From contig NC_045696.1 in NCBI RefSeq assembly GCF_009834535.1, forward strand, positions 99,388,001 to 99,452,000: a stretch of 64,000 nt of DNA, in the 5' to 3' direction. Under the pieces are notes generated by a model. That model was not told the DNA's origin. It did no database searches and worked only from the letters and a program-made list of their open reading frames with translations. Numbering within the stretch: the first letter of the stretch is position 1; each line of letters starts with the position of its first letter. The position numbers and the translations under genes were made by a program. Below are positions 1 to 13,559 of the stretch, piece after piece. The stretch comes from Camelus ferus (lineage: Eukaryota).

Positions 1-99
1 CTAGAACTAAGTGTATTTATCTACTTTCTGGTTAAAACCAATTATACCTTTATGACTTGTAATGGACTATTGGAAACACAAGAGATAGCATTTATAATA

Positions 100-1960
100 G
101 TCCCTCTCCCCGCAAATGAAATATTTAGAAACAAATGTAATAAATATGTACTGGTCCTCTATGCTGAAAATTGTAAGAGGCTGGCAGGGAAGAAAAGACT
201 TAAGTAAAGGAATACATACTATGTTCATGATGCGGGTAACTCATATAGTAATGATGTTATTTCTCCTCAGATTGATCTATTGATTGAATGCACACAAAAT
301 CTTATTTTTTTGTAGATATAAAAAAGCTGATTCTAAAAATTTATGTGGAAGAGTAAAGGAACTAGATTATCCAAAACAATTTTGAAAAACAAAAATAAAA
401 TTGTACAGATCACTGTCCAACTTTTCAGGCTTACTGTAAAGCTACAGTAATACAGTGTGGTGGTGTTAAAGGAATGGACACACAGATGCACAGAACAGAA
501 GAGTCCAGACAGGCCCAATCGAACATGACCGAGGGATATTTGACAAAGAATAGGCAAGTTAAGTATTTTCAACAAGTGGTGTTGAAACAACTGGGCCTCT
601 CTATGTGTTAAAATGAATTTTGACTTAAATCTCACATTTTATGCAAAATTATTTCAAAATGGGTCATAAATCTAAATATGAAATGTAAAAACTAAAACTT
701 TTTGAAGAAACTACAGAAAATCTTCATGAAATGGGGTTAGGTAAAAAAAATGCTTAAAAATGACACCCAAAGCATGATTTATAAAAGGAGAACAATTGGT
801 AACTTGAACTTCATCAAAATGAAAAACTTTTATTCCAAAAAAGACATTGCTAAGAGAATGAAAAGACAAGCTACAGACTGGGAGAAAATATTTTCAAACC
901 ACATATTTGACGAAGGGCTTATATTCAGAGTATATAAAGGTCTTTCAAAATTTATCAGTAAGAAATCAAACAACCCAATTAAAAAATGGCAAATTGAGGG
1001 GGAGGGCATAGCTCAGTGGTAAAGCGCATGCTTAGCATGCACAAGGTCCTGGGTTCAATCTCCAGTACCTCCATTTAAAAAAATAACCTAATTACCTCTC
1101 CCCCAAAGTAAATAAATAAATTTAAAAAAAAAATTAAAAAACATGGTTAAAAAAGGGCAAATTATTTAAACAAACTTTTCACCAAAGAGGAGACATGGCA
1201 AGTTAATAAGCACATGAAATGCGTTCAACATCATTAGCCATTAGAAAAATATAAATTAAACCATTATGAGCTATGATTATATGCATATTACAATGGCTAA
1301 AAATATTTGAAAACAACTTTAGGGATTGCCAAGGTTGCAGAGCTATGAGAACTTATTGCTTGTGCAAATGCAAAATGGTGTAGCCACTCTGGAAGATAGG
1401 TCAGTTTTTTATATTGTTAAACTCATATTTACCCTATGACCTAACAGTTCCCTGCCTAGATGCTTACCTTGGAGAAATAGAAACATGTTCATGTATAACC
1501 TGCGCATGAGTGTTTATAGCAAAAGCACTCATAGTCATAAAAGCTGGAAACGAATCAAATATCCTTCAATGGGTGATGGATAAATCATAGTCCATCCATA
1601 CAGTGGAATATTACTTAGCTACAAAAATGAATGAACAATTGATACTCACAATAAGTTGGATAAATTACATAGGCAGTTTGCGGAGGAAAGAATTTAGTCA
1701 TAAAAGTTTACATCCTATATGATTCCATTATATGTCATTCTTGGAAAGACAAAACTAGTGACAGAACAAATCAGTGGTTGCCAAGGTTTGAGGGTGAGAT
1801 GAGAGAGTGACTGAAAAGAGATAGCATGAGGGAGTCTTGTCAGATGATGAGATGCTTTGCAGCCTGATGGTGGTAGTGGTTATACAAATCGAAACATGGT
1901 AAAATTCATATAACTGCACACAAAGTCACTTTTTTATTTTTACTATAAATTGAAAAAATA
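100..1960 (+). mobile_element. Old degenerate LINE-1 (L1ME/L1MC-like): 3' part of ORF2 plus 3' UTR, interrupted by a SINE
   Basis: ORF 750-1022 gives the L1 ORF2 peptide KRMKRQATDWEKIFSNHIFDEGLIFRVYK. It is followed by L1M 3' UTR motifs (gattccatta, aaatcagtggttgcc, gtggttatac). Many stops and indels; boundaries approximate. Confidence 0.85.
996..1146 (+). mobile_element. tRNA-Ala-derived SINE (Vic-1-like, camelid)
   Basis: Head ggggagggcatagctcagtggt...gggttcaatctccagtacctcca with Pol III A/B boxes, body aacctaattacctctcccc, A-rich tail. TSD ttaaaaaatggcaaatt (979-995) / ttaaaaaagggcaaatt (1147-1163). Confidence 0.92.
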
Positions 1961-2045
1961 AACACATAACAGGAGAGGTTTGGGGTATAATTTCTGTTCT
2001 TTCAAATAGTATATCATTAATTTATATAACACAGGCTTGACACAT

Positions 2046-2595
2046 TTTTTTTTTATTGAGGTATAGTCAGTTTACAATGTTGTGTCAGTTTCTGGTGTAC
2101 ACAATTCTTCAGTCATACAAGCATATTCATTTTCTTACTCTTTTCCACCATGAGCTACTACAAGGTATTGAGTATATTTCCCTGTGCTGTACAGTATAAA
2201 CTTGTTTATCTATTTTACATATACCAGTCAGTATCTGCAAATCTCAAACTCCCAGTTAATCCCTTCCCACCTTCCTCCCTCCTGGCAACCACAAATCTGT
2301 ATTCTATGTCTGTGAGTCAGTTTCTGTTTTATATATATGTTCATTTGTCTTTTTATTTTTTTAAGTTTCCATATATGAGTGATGTCATATGGTATTTTTC
2401 TTTCTCTTTCTGGCTTACTTCACTTAGAATGAGCTTCTCCAGGGCCATCCATGTTGCTGCAAATGGCATTATTTTATCCTTTTTATGGCTGAGTAGTGTT
2501 CCATTGTATAAATATAACACAACTTCTTTATCCAGTCATCTGTTGATGGAGATTTAGGTAGTTTCCATGTCTTGGCTATTGTAAATAGTGCTGCT
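2046..2595 (-). mobile_element. 5'-truncated LINE-1 3' end (ORF2 tail plus 3' UTR), lineage-specific family
   Basis: T-tract and tttatt at 2046-2057. Clearly homologous to 43565-44140 in this window. Possible TSD ttgacacat (2037-2045) / ttgacatat (2596-2604). Confidence 0.9.
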
Positions 2596-3040
2596 TTGAC
2601 ATATATCTTAAGGAATCTATGTTATCAATCTAACTGTTGGAAACTTGGAGGTCAAGTTTCATTTGGAGCAGGGTTTATTTTTAATTTGCTGTAAATAAAT
2701 ATACATATTTTAGAAAAATGTTAACAAAATATGGATAAAGGACAATTCTACATTCCAGCTAATATTTCCACTAACTAGATATAGCTTCAGCAACTTATTT
2801 TACATCTTTTCATATCAATTTTGCCACTTTTAAATGAGGCTAGTTAAAATATATGATCTCTGTTGTCCAACCGTTTAATTTAAAAGAAAACATTCAAATC
2901 CATCCTAACCATTAAAATCTGATTTCAGAGTGGAAATACTTGTCACTTTTTTTTAATCATGAAATCCCTACAGGTGTTTCACTTTTCAAAACTTCCAGAG
3001 TTTCTTGACACTTGTTACTTTTTTCAAGAAGGAAGTGTTA

Positions 3041-3256
3041 TATATAAAACAGATAAACAAAAAATTTTTACTGTATACACAGGTAACTATATTCAATACC
3101 CTGTAGTAACCTATAATGAAAAAAGAATATGAAAACGAATATATGCATGTATATGTATGACTGAAACATTGTGCTGTACATCAGAAATTGACACATTGTA
3201 AGCTGACTATACTTCAATAAAAAAAGAATGCAAAAAAACCCCATCAAAAAAACAAA
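3041..3256 (+). mobile_element. Short LINE-1 3' UTR fragment with aataaa and A-rich tail
   Basis: Reverse-complement homologue of about 2050-2225 (agataaacaa...ctgtacatcagaaattgacaca...gactatacttcaataaaa). aagtgtta flanks both sides (3033-3040, 3257-3264). Confidence 0.85.
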
Positions 3257-5874
3257 AAGTGTTAACTTATCTAGAGAACATATGACGTCTTTTTCTTTTT
3301 TTTTTTTTTTTTTTTTAAAGTCCCATTGTTTGGTAATCAGCACAGTGTTCCACATGCAACAGCATTAAGGAATGATGTTTGTTGATGAGAATCATAAGCA
3401 AAGACCTTGGGGGAAAAGTCAACAAAGTAATAGGGATTGTACAGATTCTTGAAGAGTGTGTATGATTTGTGTGGCCAGAAAATTGATCAAATATTAAAGA
3501 GGTATAGTACATACCTACATACGTACTTAAATGTATATAGTTAGGGCTGCTTCTCTCAAGCTTAACACAATCCCTCCTCTATTGTTTTAAACCAGGTGCA
3601 AAGTTAATCACTTGTGATTCTTGCCTGGCCTCTGTATAGGGATTAGAGTTTACAAAATACTGATAATTTCCATCATGTTGTAGATAAATTCTATGGGTTC
3701 TTAGGAAAATGAGAACATTGTTTATTGTAAAACATTCTGGGGAGATAGGTCATTCCTTTTTCCTGAAAACTTCATTATTTTTAATCTAATGGCATTTTGA
3801 ACTATATGGAGGATTATATTTCCCTTTTGAGTTTGGTTGGCCGAAGGCTTTGAGTAAAATTTGTGGCCTACGGTAAGTGACCTCTATATTTTTTGTTCTA
3901 GCTGCATTCCAGATTCTGGTCCTGTCTTGGTCTTTCTCTTTTGAATTTTTTTCTTTGACTGAATTTTATACATTTATGAATTATTTTTATGAATTTATGT
4001 TGGTATACTGTATTTGTGAAAATAATTTTGTTTATAAAAGAATATTTGCCAAATACTAAGAATAATTTACCTTGTATATTTCAGGAGGTGCGATTACAGG
4101 TGATTTATTTTTCCATCTTTTAAATTCATTTAACTTTTTTGATCTCTTGTAGGTAGGAAAAGGAGAACAAATATTAAATTTTTGGAATGAGGGCAAGTAC
4201 AGATAGATAAATGAATAATTACATTTATTTATTTATTTATGTTTCACACAGCTCTTGTGTTAAAATGTGCTTGCATTATGTAGGCTTACTTGGCAGATGT
4301 ATTTTCTTTACTTTCAAGCCAAGATTATTGTGGGGTGCAGGCTGACTACTGTGACCATGCTTCCCTCCTCATTTATGAAACAACTCCACTGGAGTTGCTT
4401 TGGATAGCTGTTTTTCTCCCTGACTTTCTTGAGAGAGCACTTACAAGACGTATTCCTGACCCCTTCCTTGGGGCGGCCCAAGTGAAATTTCATAATGCAG
4501 AAAATCCCTTTTCCTGACCATGGTTCCTTCTCAGCTCCCTGCGAGTCCTGCTCTTTCCTTTTGTCTCTTGCTACCACAGTCAGGTTTACGCTGAATCCAA
4601 ATTTCCACTTTCCAAATTACCTCTTTCTCCTTTCCCTACCTCTCCTCAACCAAACTAGGATTCTCTTAGCTCTTCTTTTAATTATTTAATTTTTAAAGAG
4701 GATACTTCTTTCTTCAATGACTTGAAAAGCTTCTTCAATAAATATTGTGTGGACAGTTGGAAAATAAAATGAGATTTTTCCTTTACCATGATAAATTCCA
4801 TAGAGATTTTAGGTAAAATATGAAAATGTCTTATGACATTTCATTTCATTTGAGGAAGAACGTATAGGTGAGCAATTGATTTCTGCATGAGAATGGAGTT
4901 TCTAAGTATTAAATAATGGATGAAACTATCAAAGAAAAATAATAATTAGCTTTGACAATATGAAAACTGGAGGCTGCTGTATATGAAAACTATATAAGTG
5001 ACATCATGAATTGGACATTGAAGACAGAGATGAATGGTGAAAGCTGTAAAAATTTTTTTTCAAAGATTTTGGCAAGGACATTAGTATTTTGAGTCCCTTT
5101 AATAATCCAAATTATTGAAGAGCCCTTTTAAAAAGATGAATTGCTTCCTTTTTTTGTTCTGTAAGCCTTTCTTGTAGTCATGTTTTAATTAGGTGTCAGA
5201 AAAGTCTATATGTTTTTTTTTTAATTTATTTTTTGCCCTCCTGTCTTCATAATATTACTGGTAGTAGTGTATTTCACATGAAATAGTTACATGTCATGAA
5301 GAAGGCAAAGGGAAGGTTTTATTATAATAGTTGTAAATTATATTGGCATATGGAAGTGTAGAGAATCTATTTTTATACCCTCTGGGTGTTTTTAGAATTG
5401 TCATCAGATTTGATTGCTACATATATTGTGAAAAGGGTAGTATTATTCCCATTTTAGGTAAGAGAACTGCGGCTCAGAGAACTTTTGTGACTTGCCCATT
5501 ACGAGTGAAAGTTCTGAAAATGCAAGTCTGACACAGAAAGTCTGGTTCTATATCCTATATTCACTCCCAGATCAGTGATGCCTCTGGATGCTGATTGGTG
5601 AGGGGGAGGAGGGCTCAGTAAAGAACACTTGGTCATGTCTTGTTTTTTGTCTTTGGGCCATTACTTCTGTTCTACATCCATTGTCCTATACTATCCCATT
5701 TAAATTTTGTGTCCGTGTTAACATATTACTACCCGTAGAACCATTGGTTTTGAAGGCATATACTTCCTTGTGGTCCTGCAATGGCAACTGGAAATACTGA
5801 ACCATAGTGACTAACAGAAAATCCTTCCATGGCACTTGCCATTGCTATTGAGTCTGAGATAATTATTAGCCTCT

Positions 5875-5950
5875 GAGATAATTATTAGCCCCATTTCATA
5901 GATGAGAAAACTGAGGCACAGAGAACTTGCCTATGGCTATCCAGAAGCCA
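5875..5950. mobile_element. MIR core fragment
   Basis: attattagccccatttcatagatgagaaaactgaggcacagag matches the MIR core. A local tandem duplication of tctgagataattattagcc lies immediately upstream. Confidence 0.75.
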
Positions 5951-7335
5951 TTATTTCATAATCATACCAATCTTCAAGTCTCTATATTTTCAGGAGAGGT
6001 AAACTATAGAAGATTTAAAATATAATGCCAATTAATTCCAGCATATATCTTTTACTTGGATGGTGGGCTGAGTGCCAGTTTCTATCCAGGTGACTGAAGC
6101 TGCCAGCAGTAGTTCTGGAACCTCTTATTTTAATAAAGGAAATATTTTCAAAATCTTTCCACAGTTTATATACATGGTGAAAAATACTTTTCACTTTGAG
6201 AATGTGAGAGGAAACAAAACTAGGTGCTGCCTCTTTTATTTGAGCCAAGAAAAACAGTGTTGTGAATTCTTAGATGGTTGAGTGAAACAGTTTTTTCTCC
6301 TAAAACCTCCATCTCTGTTTTTTTCTTTATATAAAACATCTGCATATCAAAACAATCTGTGAAAGATATTTCTGGTCACATTTACAACATCATTGAACTA
6401 AGATGATTTAGTGACACATTTTAGATGCCCATGACAACACGAAAGCTTTTCGTCAACCAGCGATACGGAATAATTAATCGGGAGCCATCACTGGAGGGAG
6501 GATCATGGTTCTGTGCTGGTTTGTAAAACAGGCCTGTGTGAGAGGCTTCTCAGCAGGGCTGGTCACGTTACCTGTAATTTTTCACATGCATATACTCCAT
6601 CACTAGTGACATTCTGGCTTTCAGATCAGTCATCTCTTAGGACTTAAAATTGATATATCAGTCTCAGCATAAAATGCTATCATTCCCGTAGACCAACTGT
6701 TTACCGGAGTATAACTCCTCCTGTGTCTCATTTCATCACACTGTTCCACATAGTGATGTTTCAATGTGAAATGAAGTTTTTTCATGCTGTGCTTCTGAGT
6801 AGAAAAAAGACAGAAGTACATGTATGATAAATGGTGAAGGTTCCACACTAACCCTTGCAAAACAATACAATGTGGAAGCATTATACTTGCTTTAATAATT
6901 TAATGCATAAATGTGGCTTTTAAACTTTTATAACAAATACTATTTATGTGGCAGTGAGGGGAAGATCAATTATGTTTGCTATGAATCACTTTATCTTCCA
7001 ACTTATTTAGAGATTTGCAAAATACCACGGCCATCGAATTGTCACGGTGAAATATTGGTGGAGGCTATGCGATTAGTAAAAAAATAAAATAAAATTACCG
7101 TCATGTTTTTCAATTGCACATATATTTATTTACAGTTTTCTTGGGATTTTTAAAAAAATTTTATTAAATCCAATTTTCTTCCTTGATGTGGAGCTCTGGA
7201 CTGAATCCTGGTTTTCAGTAACAACAAGAGAATTTAGGGAAAACATCTTGTCTCATTCCCGTATTGTGGTCTGAAAGACACTGTCGTGTTTGCATTCTTT
7301 TCTTGGCCATAGAGTACATTATCTTTGTGACTCCT

Positions 7336-7507
7336 AGTGCGGTCTGACTGTGACATCAGCATCCCACTGATTACTAGGGTTGATTTAACTGATGTGGTTG
7401 ACTGCGCTGGGGTCCGGATACTTCATTCACAACCCTAAAAGCTGCGCATTGGCAGAGGATGTTGACATTCCCAGGGAGACCAGAACCACTTAATTTTTGT
7501 CAAGATG
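7336..7507 (+). pseudogene. 7SK snRNA retropseudogene (5' ~200 nt of 7SK, diverged)
   Basis: gcggtctgactgtgacatcagcatcccactgattactagggttgatttaactgatgtggttgact aligns to the recalled 7SK 5' sequence GCGATCTGGCTGCGACATCTGTCACCCCATTGATCGCCAGGGTTGATTCGGCTGATCTGGCTGGCT. aagctgcgc...gaggat...tgtcaag then aligns to AAGCTGCGC...GAGGAC...GGTCAAG. Confidence 0.85.
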
Positions 7508-8439
7508 GAAATGATGTTTTGCTTTTAGCATGTCTTGATTCAACCTGTGACTAAAGGTCTTGTAGACGGCTTTAAAATGGAAAGTAAAATTGTTTAACTG
7601 AAAGTGGGTTGAAATTATGTTTTCAATTTGACGTAGCTGTGCACATACTCAGTGTTTTCTCTGAGAAAACGCTTTAGCTTGAACTTCTAATTCTTGATTC
7701 TCCATTTTCAAAAATAGTTCATACTTGGCTTTTTAGGCTGCATGGATGAGACCATAATTTGCTGTAAGATAATATCCAAACGCTAAACTGTAGGTAATAG
7801 ATGTGCAGTAAATTATTGATGAACAGTGAATGAATTGAGTGATTCACAAAGAACTAGGGAAAAAAGTTAGAAGAAATATTTTTGCAGTGAGACACATTTT
7901 TATGAAAATAATTTAACCAACAAAATGATTATTTCTGTCTCTTGGAAGAAGTTGGGGAGTTAATGATAATTAATTGGATTGATTATATTTCTCCTGTGTG
8001 TGTATACACACTTAAATGCAAGAAAATAAAGAGTACTAGAATTATTTCATAACTGATCTTCATATCTTGGGGATTAAATTTACATGTAATCCAGCAATTC
8101 TCTTAGCAGGTGAGATATTCTGATAACAGTTTTCTTTCAAAGTGCTGTGTCTAAAAAAAAATATCTGCCAGAAAACTAAAGGTAGATAGGGCTAATATGC
8201 TTTGCATTAGTTTGAAAATTCTATAAACTAAATCAAAATTGACTTTATAAGGGTTTTTTGTCCAAGACAGAGTTATTCAAATCAAACCAAGCGTTAGTTG
8301 TGAAAACAAGAGTATTTTTAATAATGTGTACGTCAAGAATTATATCGATCACCTGGGTCACATCCATTATTTTAGGAAATTTTCAATAGTGGCTGTATTA
8401 TTTTAAGCTCAATTCAGATTGACCTGTTTCATAAAATTT

Positions 8440-8596
8440 TTTTTTAAATAGACTTTTAAAGCAGTTTTTGGTTCACAACAAAAAGGAGTGGAAAACACAG
8501 ACAGTTCCGATATACCTCCTGCCCCGCATGCCCACCACCTCCCCTGCTAGCAACATCTCACAGCCAGTGATGTATTTGTTGTTACAATCAATGAAT
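8440..8596 (-). mobile_element. L1MC-like 3' end fragment
   Basis: gcagtttttggttcacaacaaaaaggagtggaaaacacagacagttcc...tttgttgttacaatcaatgaa resembles the L1MC1/2 3' end in reverse. Confidence 0.7.
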
Positions 8597-9045
8597 CTAG
8601 TAGCTGTATTTTTCATTCTGTGATGGATAAATGCGTTTATTATTTAACTGTCTTTGTGAGCAGCTGTGAAGCCATTAAAGGGAATTTTCAAAATAATCCT
8701 GGGGAAATTTAAATAATTTACTAATTTGTGAAGTCCAACTAAGATCACTATCATGCTTGTTCCTAGACATTCAAAATACTTAGATTGCTGGTAGAAGTCA
8801 ATATGTGATTAACAATATAAGGGAGAAAAAAACAAGCTCAGTTCTTGTCCTCAAGTCACACAAAAAGGAAGAGAAGAGACATGTTACTTGAGTGGTTTTG
8901 ATGCTAGTTAGAACACGTGGTGTTATGAGAGGCACAGTAAAAACCTCTGGGAGGCAGCACTGAAAGGAAATAAGAAGGCTTCGATCGGTTTCAAAGTGGA
9001 AAAGCATTTCCCTTATGCCTTGAAGATGTAGACTGGGGTGTAATT

Positions 9046-9211
9046 GGGTTATCAGATAAAATACAGGATGTTTCGTCAAATTTGAATTTAAATAAACAAT
9101 AGATAATTTTTGAAGCATGTCTCATGAATTATTTGGAACATACTTTAAAAATCCATTATTTGAGATACAGCATTTCCAGTTACATTAATATTTGCTAAAG
9201 ATGACAATTCC
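9046..9211. mobile_element. MER53-like palindromic hAT MITE
   Basis: gggttatcagataaaatacaggatg...aaatttgaattt..ataaacaa, with a central tgtc(tc)atg...tttggaacatac self-complementary core as in the recalled MER53 consensus. Right arm degraded. Confidence 0.75.
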
Positions 9212-11585
9212 AAGCACAGGGCCCATTTTACTCAGATTAAAAAGTTGATCAAAGGTACAAAGGTACAAAGGTACAGAGGAAAAAACAAATCTCAGTATAT
9301 GTATGGAAAAGAATGAATGAATGATTGATTACCTTGAATGTGGGGAATGGTTTGGGTTGAATGAAATGCAGTGCGTTAGTAATTATATGGGGACAACCAG
9401 GTGTAAACTGCAGCTCTTCTGTGCAAACAGGGAATAATACTGTTGAGACCTCGAGGGTGGTGGGACCATGGTCCAGGGGTACCAAAGGAGAAGTATTTGG
9501 ATCTAGTTAGGAGAACTACTGAGATGCTGGGCCATAGCCGCCCATGGCAACAAGAGAATATAATAATTTAGGGAATACCAGAGGGTCTAGTCTTTGAACC
9601 TTTTGTCCTCTGTGCACGTAGTTCTTCAGCGGCTGTGGCTAGACCATATTTTGAGGACTGTGAAAACCCAGAGCATGTTTTCTTCCTAATGCATCTCACT
9701 GGTGAGCAATAGTTGTGTTATTACTGAGGTTAGGGATTTCATTTCTGAGACTATGGAGGTGTAGGTTTGGCCCTTGGGGAACAGAATATTGAGGTTCCAG
9801 AAGGTTTTCATTCATATACTTGTTTGTTAAAATTGCTTGGAGCGTCAATTAACAGTGTCCTCAATGCATCTAGAAAAACTCTGAGTCAGAGATGGAACAT
9901 GGCAAGGTTCTTAGCCAATGTGAAAAGAGAGGAATTTAAAGAAAAGTTTTTTCCCATGATATGGAATGATGCTATGTTGATGTATGATCTGTTTTAAATT
10001 GGAATCAGTATTTAAAACATTCAATAAACTATATTATGAAAAGCTTCAAATACAAACAGAAGGGCAAAGAGCAATGAGCTCCCCTATACCCATAAACCAG
10101 TTTTAACAATGACTTAAGATTTGCTGTATTTGCTTTATCTAATTTCTCTTTCCTCTCCTTTGTTGGGGGGGGGGGGTCGGTGAAGTAAAGCATGTGATTA
10201 ACACTTTTAAAAAATCAGGTAATTGGGTATACAGCAACAAATTAACAGGGTTTAGAAATGAAATTGGAAGATGTAAATTATTTACTTGGATTTTCTTCGC
10301 ATCACTGTGGCCTGAGACTGAGAAAAGTGTATTTATGTGTCAAAGTAATCATGCATTACCTGAATTAAATCCACGATGTTCATGAAGGCTGCTGAATTAC
10401 TGATCGTTGTTTTTGAATGCTGCTTAATTGTACCCTCAATCTTACGTCTTATTAGCACTATGCACAACAAGCTCTAACCACTTTAGACAGGTCTGTTTTT
10501 CCCTGTTTTAGAGACAGACAAATCACAGCGACGTGCCTACACTTATACAATACTACAGCCTGAAACAGAACAATTGTTTCAATTCCATTAACCTATCATT
10601 TGGCTCATAAAATGGTCTTAGTTTATAGGAAATACTTGCCCAGTTAATTAATAATAGTTGAATTCTGTATGTCATCTAAGAGCAGCAGAAGTAAACTTCA
10701 GCAAAGTATATGTTTTGGTTCAGCAAAATGCAGATGAAAGGACAGTATATAGGGATATAGGTATTATTGTTAAAACCGTGAAAAATGGATCTACTCATAT
10801 TTCTTCAGGCCACCACAGTGTGGCGTAAAACATGAGGTCACTTTAACAGGAAGTACCTATAATTTGAATGCTTTGGGGTCTACCTGTGAATGTAAGAGCC
10901 CAGCTGTCTGCAGAATCTGCCCCAACCATTTCTCGAAGTGTCCAGAGCTTAATCCAGCTCGTTCACGATTAAATCTGTGCTACTGAAGGGCATCTGTCTG
11001 ACATCCCTGCTACCTCTCCTGGTCCTCCTCTCTTGCCATTGTTCTTATCAGGGCACACGTCTGTACTGGGTGCTGGGAATTTTTCACGTTTGCCAGAGGT
11101 TTCTATTATGTCTGTGGGATGACTCAAAGTCTACCACTCGTGCTATGGACCACATTGTTGCTGTGGTCTCCTGCCTGGCCTAACCCCAATTTTTAATTGA
11201 CACTTCTGATGTAGATCTGGAACTAGGCTATACAATTCCTCAACCATTACTTTATTTGAGCAACACTTAAGATAAAATTTGACTTTTACCCTAATTACAA
11301 ACGTATTTCATAAAAATTGGAACGAACTTAGAAATAACTAAAGATAAATGTATAAAATGTCCCAAATCTATATGAACACTGTTATCATTTTGGTGGCTAT
11401 TCCTCATGCAGATTCTTTAAAAAAGGGTTCTGCACATAATATATGGTAGCATATATTGTGCCCTAATTAGTATATTCTGTTCTTTCCCCTCTGTCCATAA
11501 ATTCTTGATACAAGTTTTTTTTTTTTTTTTAAGAGCTGGAATAGTATTCTACTATATGGATATAAAATTATTTCCTTAATCTTTT

Positions 11586-11709
11586 CCATTTTTGGGGTGA
11601 AGGGTGGTAATTAGGTTTATTTATTTACTTACCGGAGGCACTGGGGATTGAACCCAGGACCTCACACATGCTGAGCATGTGCTCTACCACTGAGCTACAC
11701 CCTGACCCC
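11586..11709 (-). mobile_element. Vic-1-like tRNA-derived SINE inside an old minus-strand L1M relic (about 11280-12380)
   Basis: ggtaattaggttt...ctggggattgaacccaggacct...ctctaccactgagctacaccc. TSD tccttaatctttt (11573-11585) / tcctgaatctttt (11710-11722). Confidence 0.92.
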
Positions 11710-12941
11710 TCCTGAATCTTTTTATTGCAAAGGATTTCTTTTTATTTCAGTTTTTTTACTATTAAAAGTAATAACATTCCAATGAACATTTTTGTATATA
11801 TGTATTTTTGCTCAAATCTTTAGTTTTTCTTAAGTATACATTTTTAGAGGAGCTGCTGGATTGAAGAATATGAAAATGAGCATTTTTTGTTACTTGTCAA
11901 AATACCTTTCAGAAAGGCTGTGGCAATTTTAATTTATGGTGGTTTATAAGGGCATGGCCATTTCTTTATCTTTGCTAATATAGTGAAAAAAGGTGCCTCA
12001 TAGTTTTTATATATTTTCAAGTAATGAATGATAAAATATTCCTATATTTCCAGACATTTGATTATCTTTTATGAATTATGTCCTTTGCCCAATTTTCTAT
12101 TTTCTAATTGGTTTGTACGAGTTTACAAGACCACCTTTTATATTAAGGATACTTTTACTCTATCATCTGTGTTGCAAATAGATTTCCACTTTAATTTGAA
12201 ATGCTGTTGCCATGCAGAAATTTCAAAAATTTATATAGTCAGTCAAAAATATATACAGTCAGAGGTCATTCCTCTATTTGTTCATTCAGTGTTTAGAGAG
12301 GTCCTTATCTACTCTTAAGATTATCCAAATACTCATCTGATTTATGTTTTCATACTTTACATTAAACATTGAGGGTATTGTGGTTGATGGACATAAGGTA
12401 ATGGTTTTCTGGGGCTGCTCTCTGGCAAAGACATGTGTCCTCTTGTCCTACAGAAGCTTTAAACAGCTAGGTTCTGGGGTTTCTACTTCTGTTCCTCTCT
12501 CTCCTTAGGACTCAGGCAGAAGTGAATGGGACCTGAACCGGGATCACCTTGACTTAACTATGTTATCTTAGGATCAGTTTCTCACTGCACCTTCAATCCT
12601 GTTTTTTGAATTGCCCTTAGAATGAGTTCTTTACCAGTATGTCCCTTCTTAGAATCCCATGTAATAAGAGCCCTGGCAGGTTTCTTCCCTATCTCTTAAA
12701 GGTCCCTAGGCACATCCAGGTATGCCTAAACCCCAGCTTGGCCTGAAGCTGGAGCTTGTAAAGAAGTGTTCTAGCAAAACTAAAAATTTGGAATCACTCT
12801 TTAAGTTGTACTGACTTTGATTTAGAGCAGGTAATGTTTGTTGAGAAAAAGTATAAGGTAGGAAAAGCTTCAGAAAATATTCCCATACATTAGATATCAG
12901 ATATACTCTGCGTGTGTGTGAGAGAGAGAGAGAACACACAG

Positions 12942-13278
12942 GCAGGGATCACAAATGTTATTGAAAGGGACAGGAAGATAATGTAAATGAATGAAGTGGG
13001 ATGGGAGAAAGACATCACCGGCGATAGAGGCTGAGTTGGACTGTAAAACACAAGTCCATGCTGAAAGGGTTTCAGCCAATTTGCTTTCAAGCGTAAAGCT
13101 TAATCCAGTATTGCAAGAATTTCCAGTGCTTCACAGGAACCAGGAAATACAGATTTAACATCAAATTCTGTCCTCTAAATGCTGGCAATAAACTCAAAGG
13201 ATTTTAAAATAGTCTGAGGGTCAAACAATATATTTTAGGCTGGATCTGACCTGTGGGCTGTCAGTTTTTGACTTTGCT
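12942..13278 (-). mobile_element. hAT-Charlie non-autonomous element (MER102-like)
   Basis: Ends in ggctggatctgacctgtgggctgtcagtttttgac (Charlie-type terminus). Internal aaatgctggcaataaactcaaa and gtaaatgaatgaagtggg. Confidence 0.65.
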
Positions 13279-13519
13279 CTAATTACCCTTTGTACTGGCT
13301 AGATAAAGTGGTGTAAAATTATTTGCAAGATTACAATGCAAAAGGGAAGTCAGTATTTGTAAGTAGGAAGATCAGACACATAAAGTAAGATTTACTACCC
13401 TGAAAAGGATGAAATTCCAAAATTAATATGTGATTGTATTAATAGGAGGTTTGACCACCATTCCTTTGAAACATCAAGTTTAGGAATTTCTTTCTGATTT
13501 GTGAAATGGAAGAAATGAT

Positions 13520-13559
13520 GACTTGGGGGAAGGAACGAGGACTTGGGGGAAGGAATGAG
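13520..13559 (+). repeat. 20-bp tandem duplication
   Basis: gacttgggggaaggaacgag followed by gacttgggggaaggaatgag. Confidence 0.9.

Noticed and set aside
998..1073. tRNA-Ala(AGC) gene (likewise the heads at about 11635-11705, 15617-15691 and 16896-16970)
   Set aside because: Each has a SINE body, an A-rich tail and a TSD, with substitutions in the stems, so these are SINE heads and not tRNA genes.
12379..12714. Possible old LTR (tg...ca bounded, LTR-like composition)
   Set aside because: I could not match it to any family or find a TSD.
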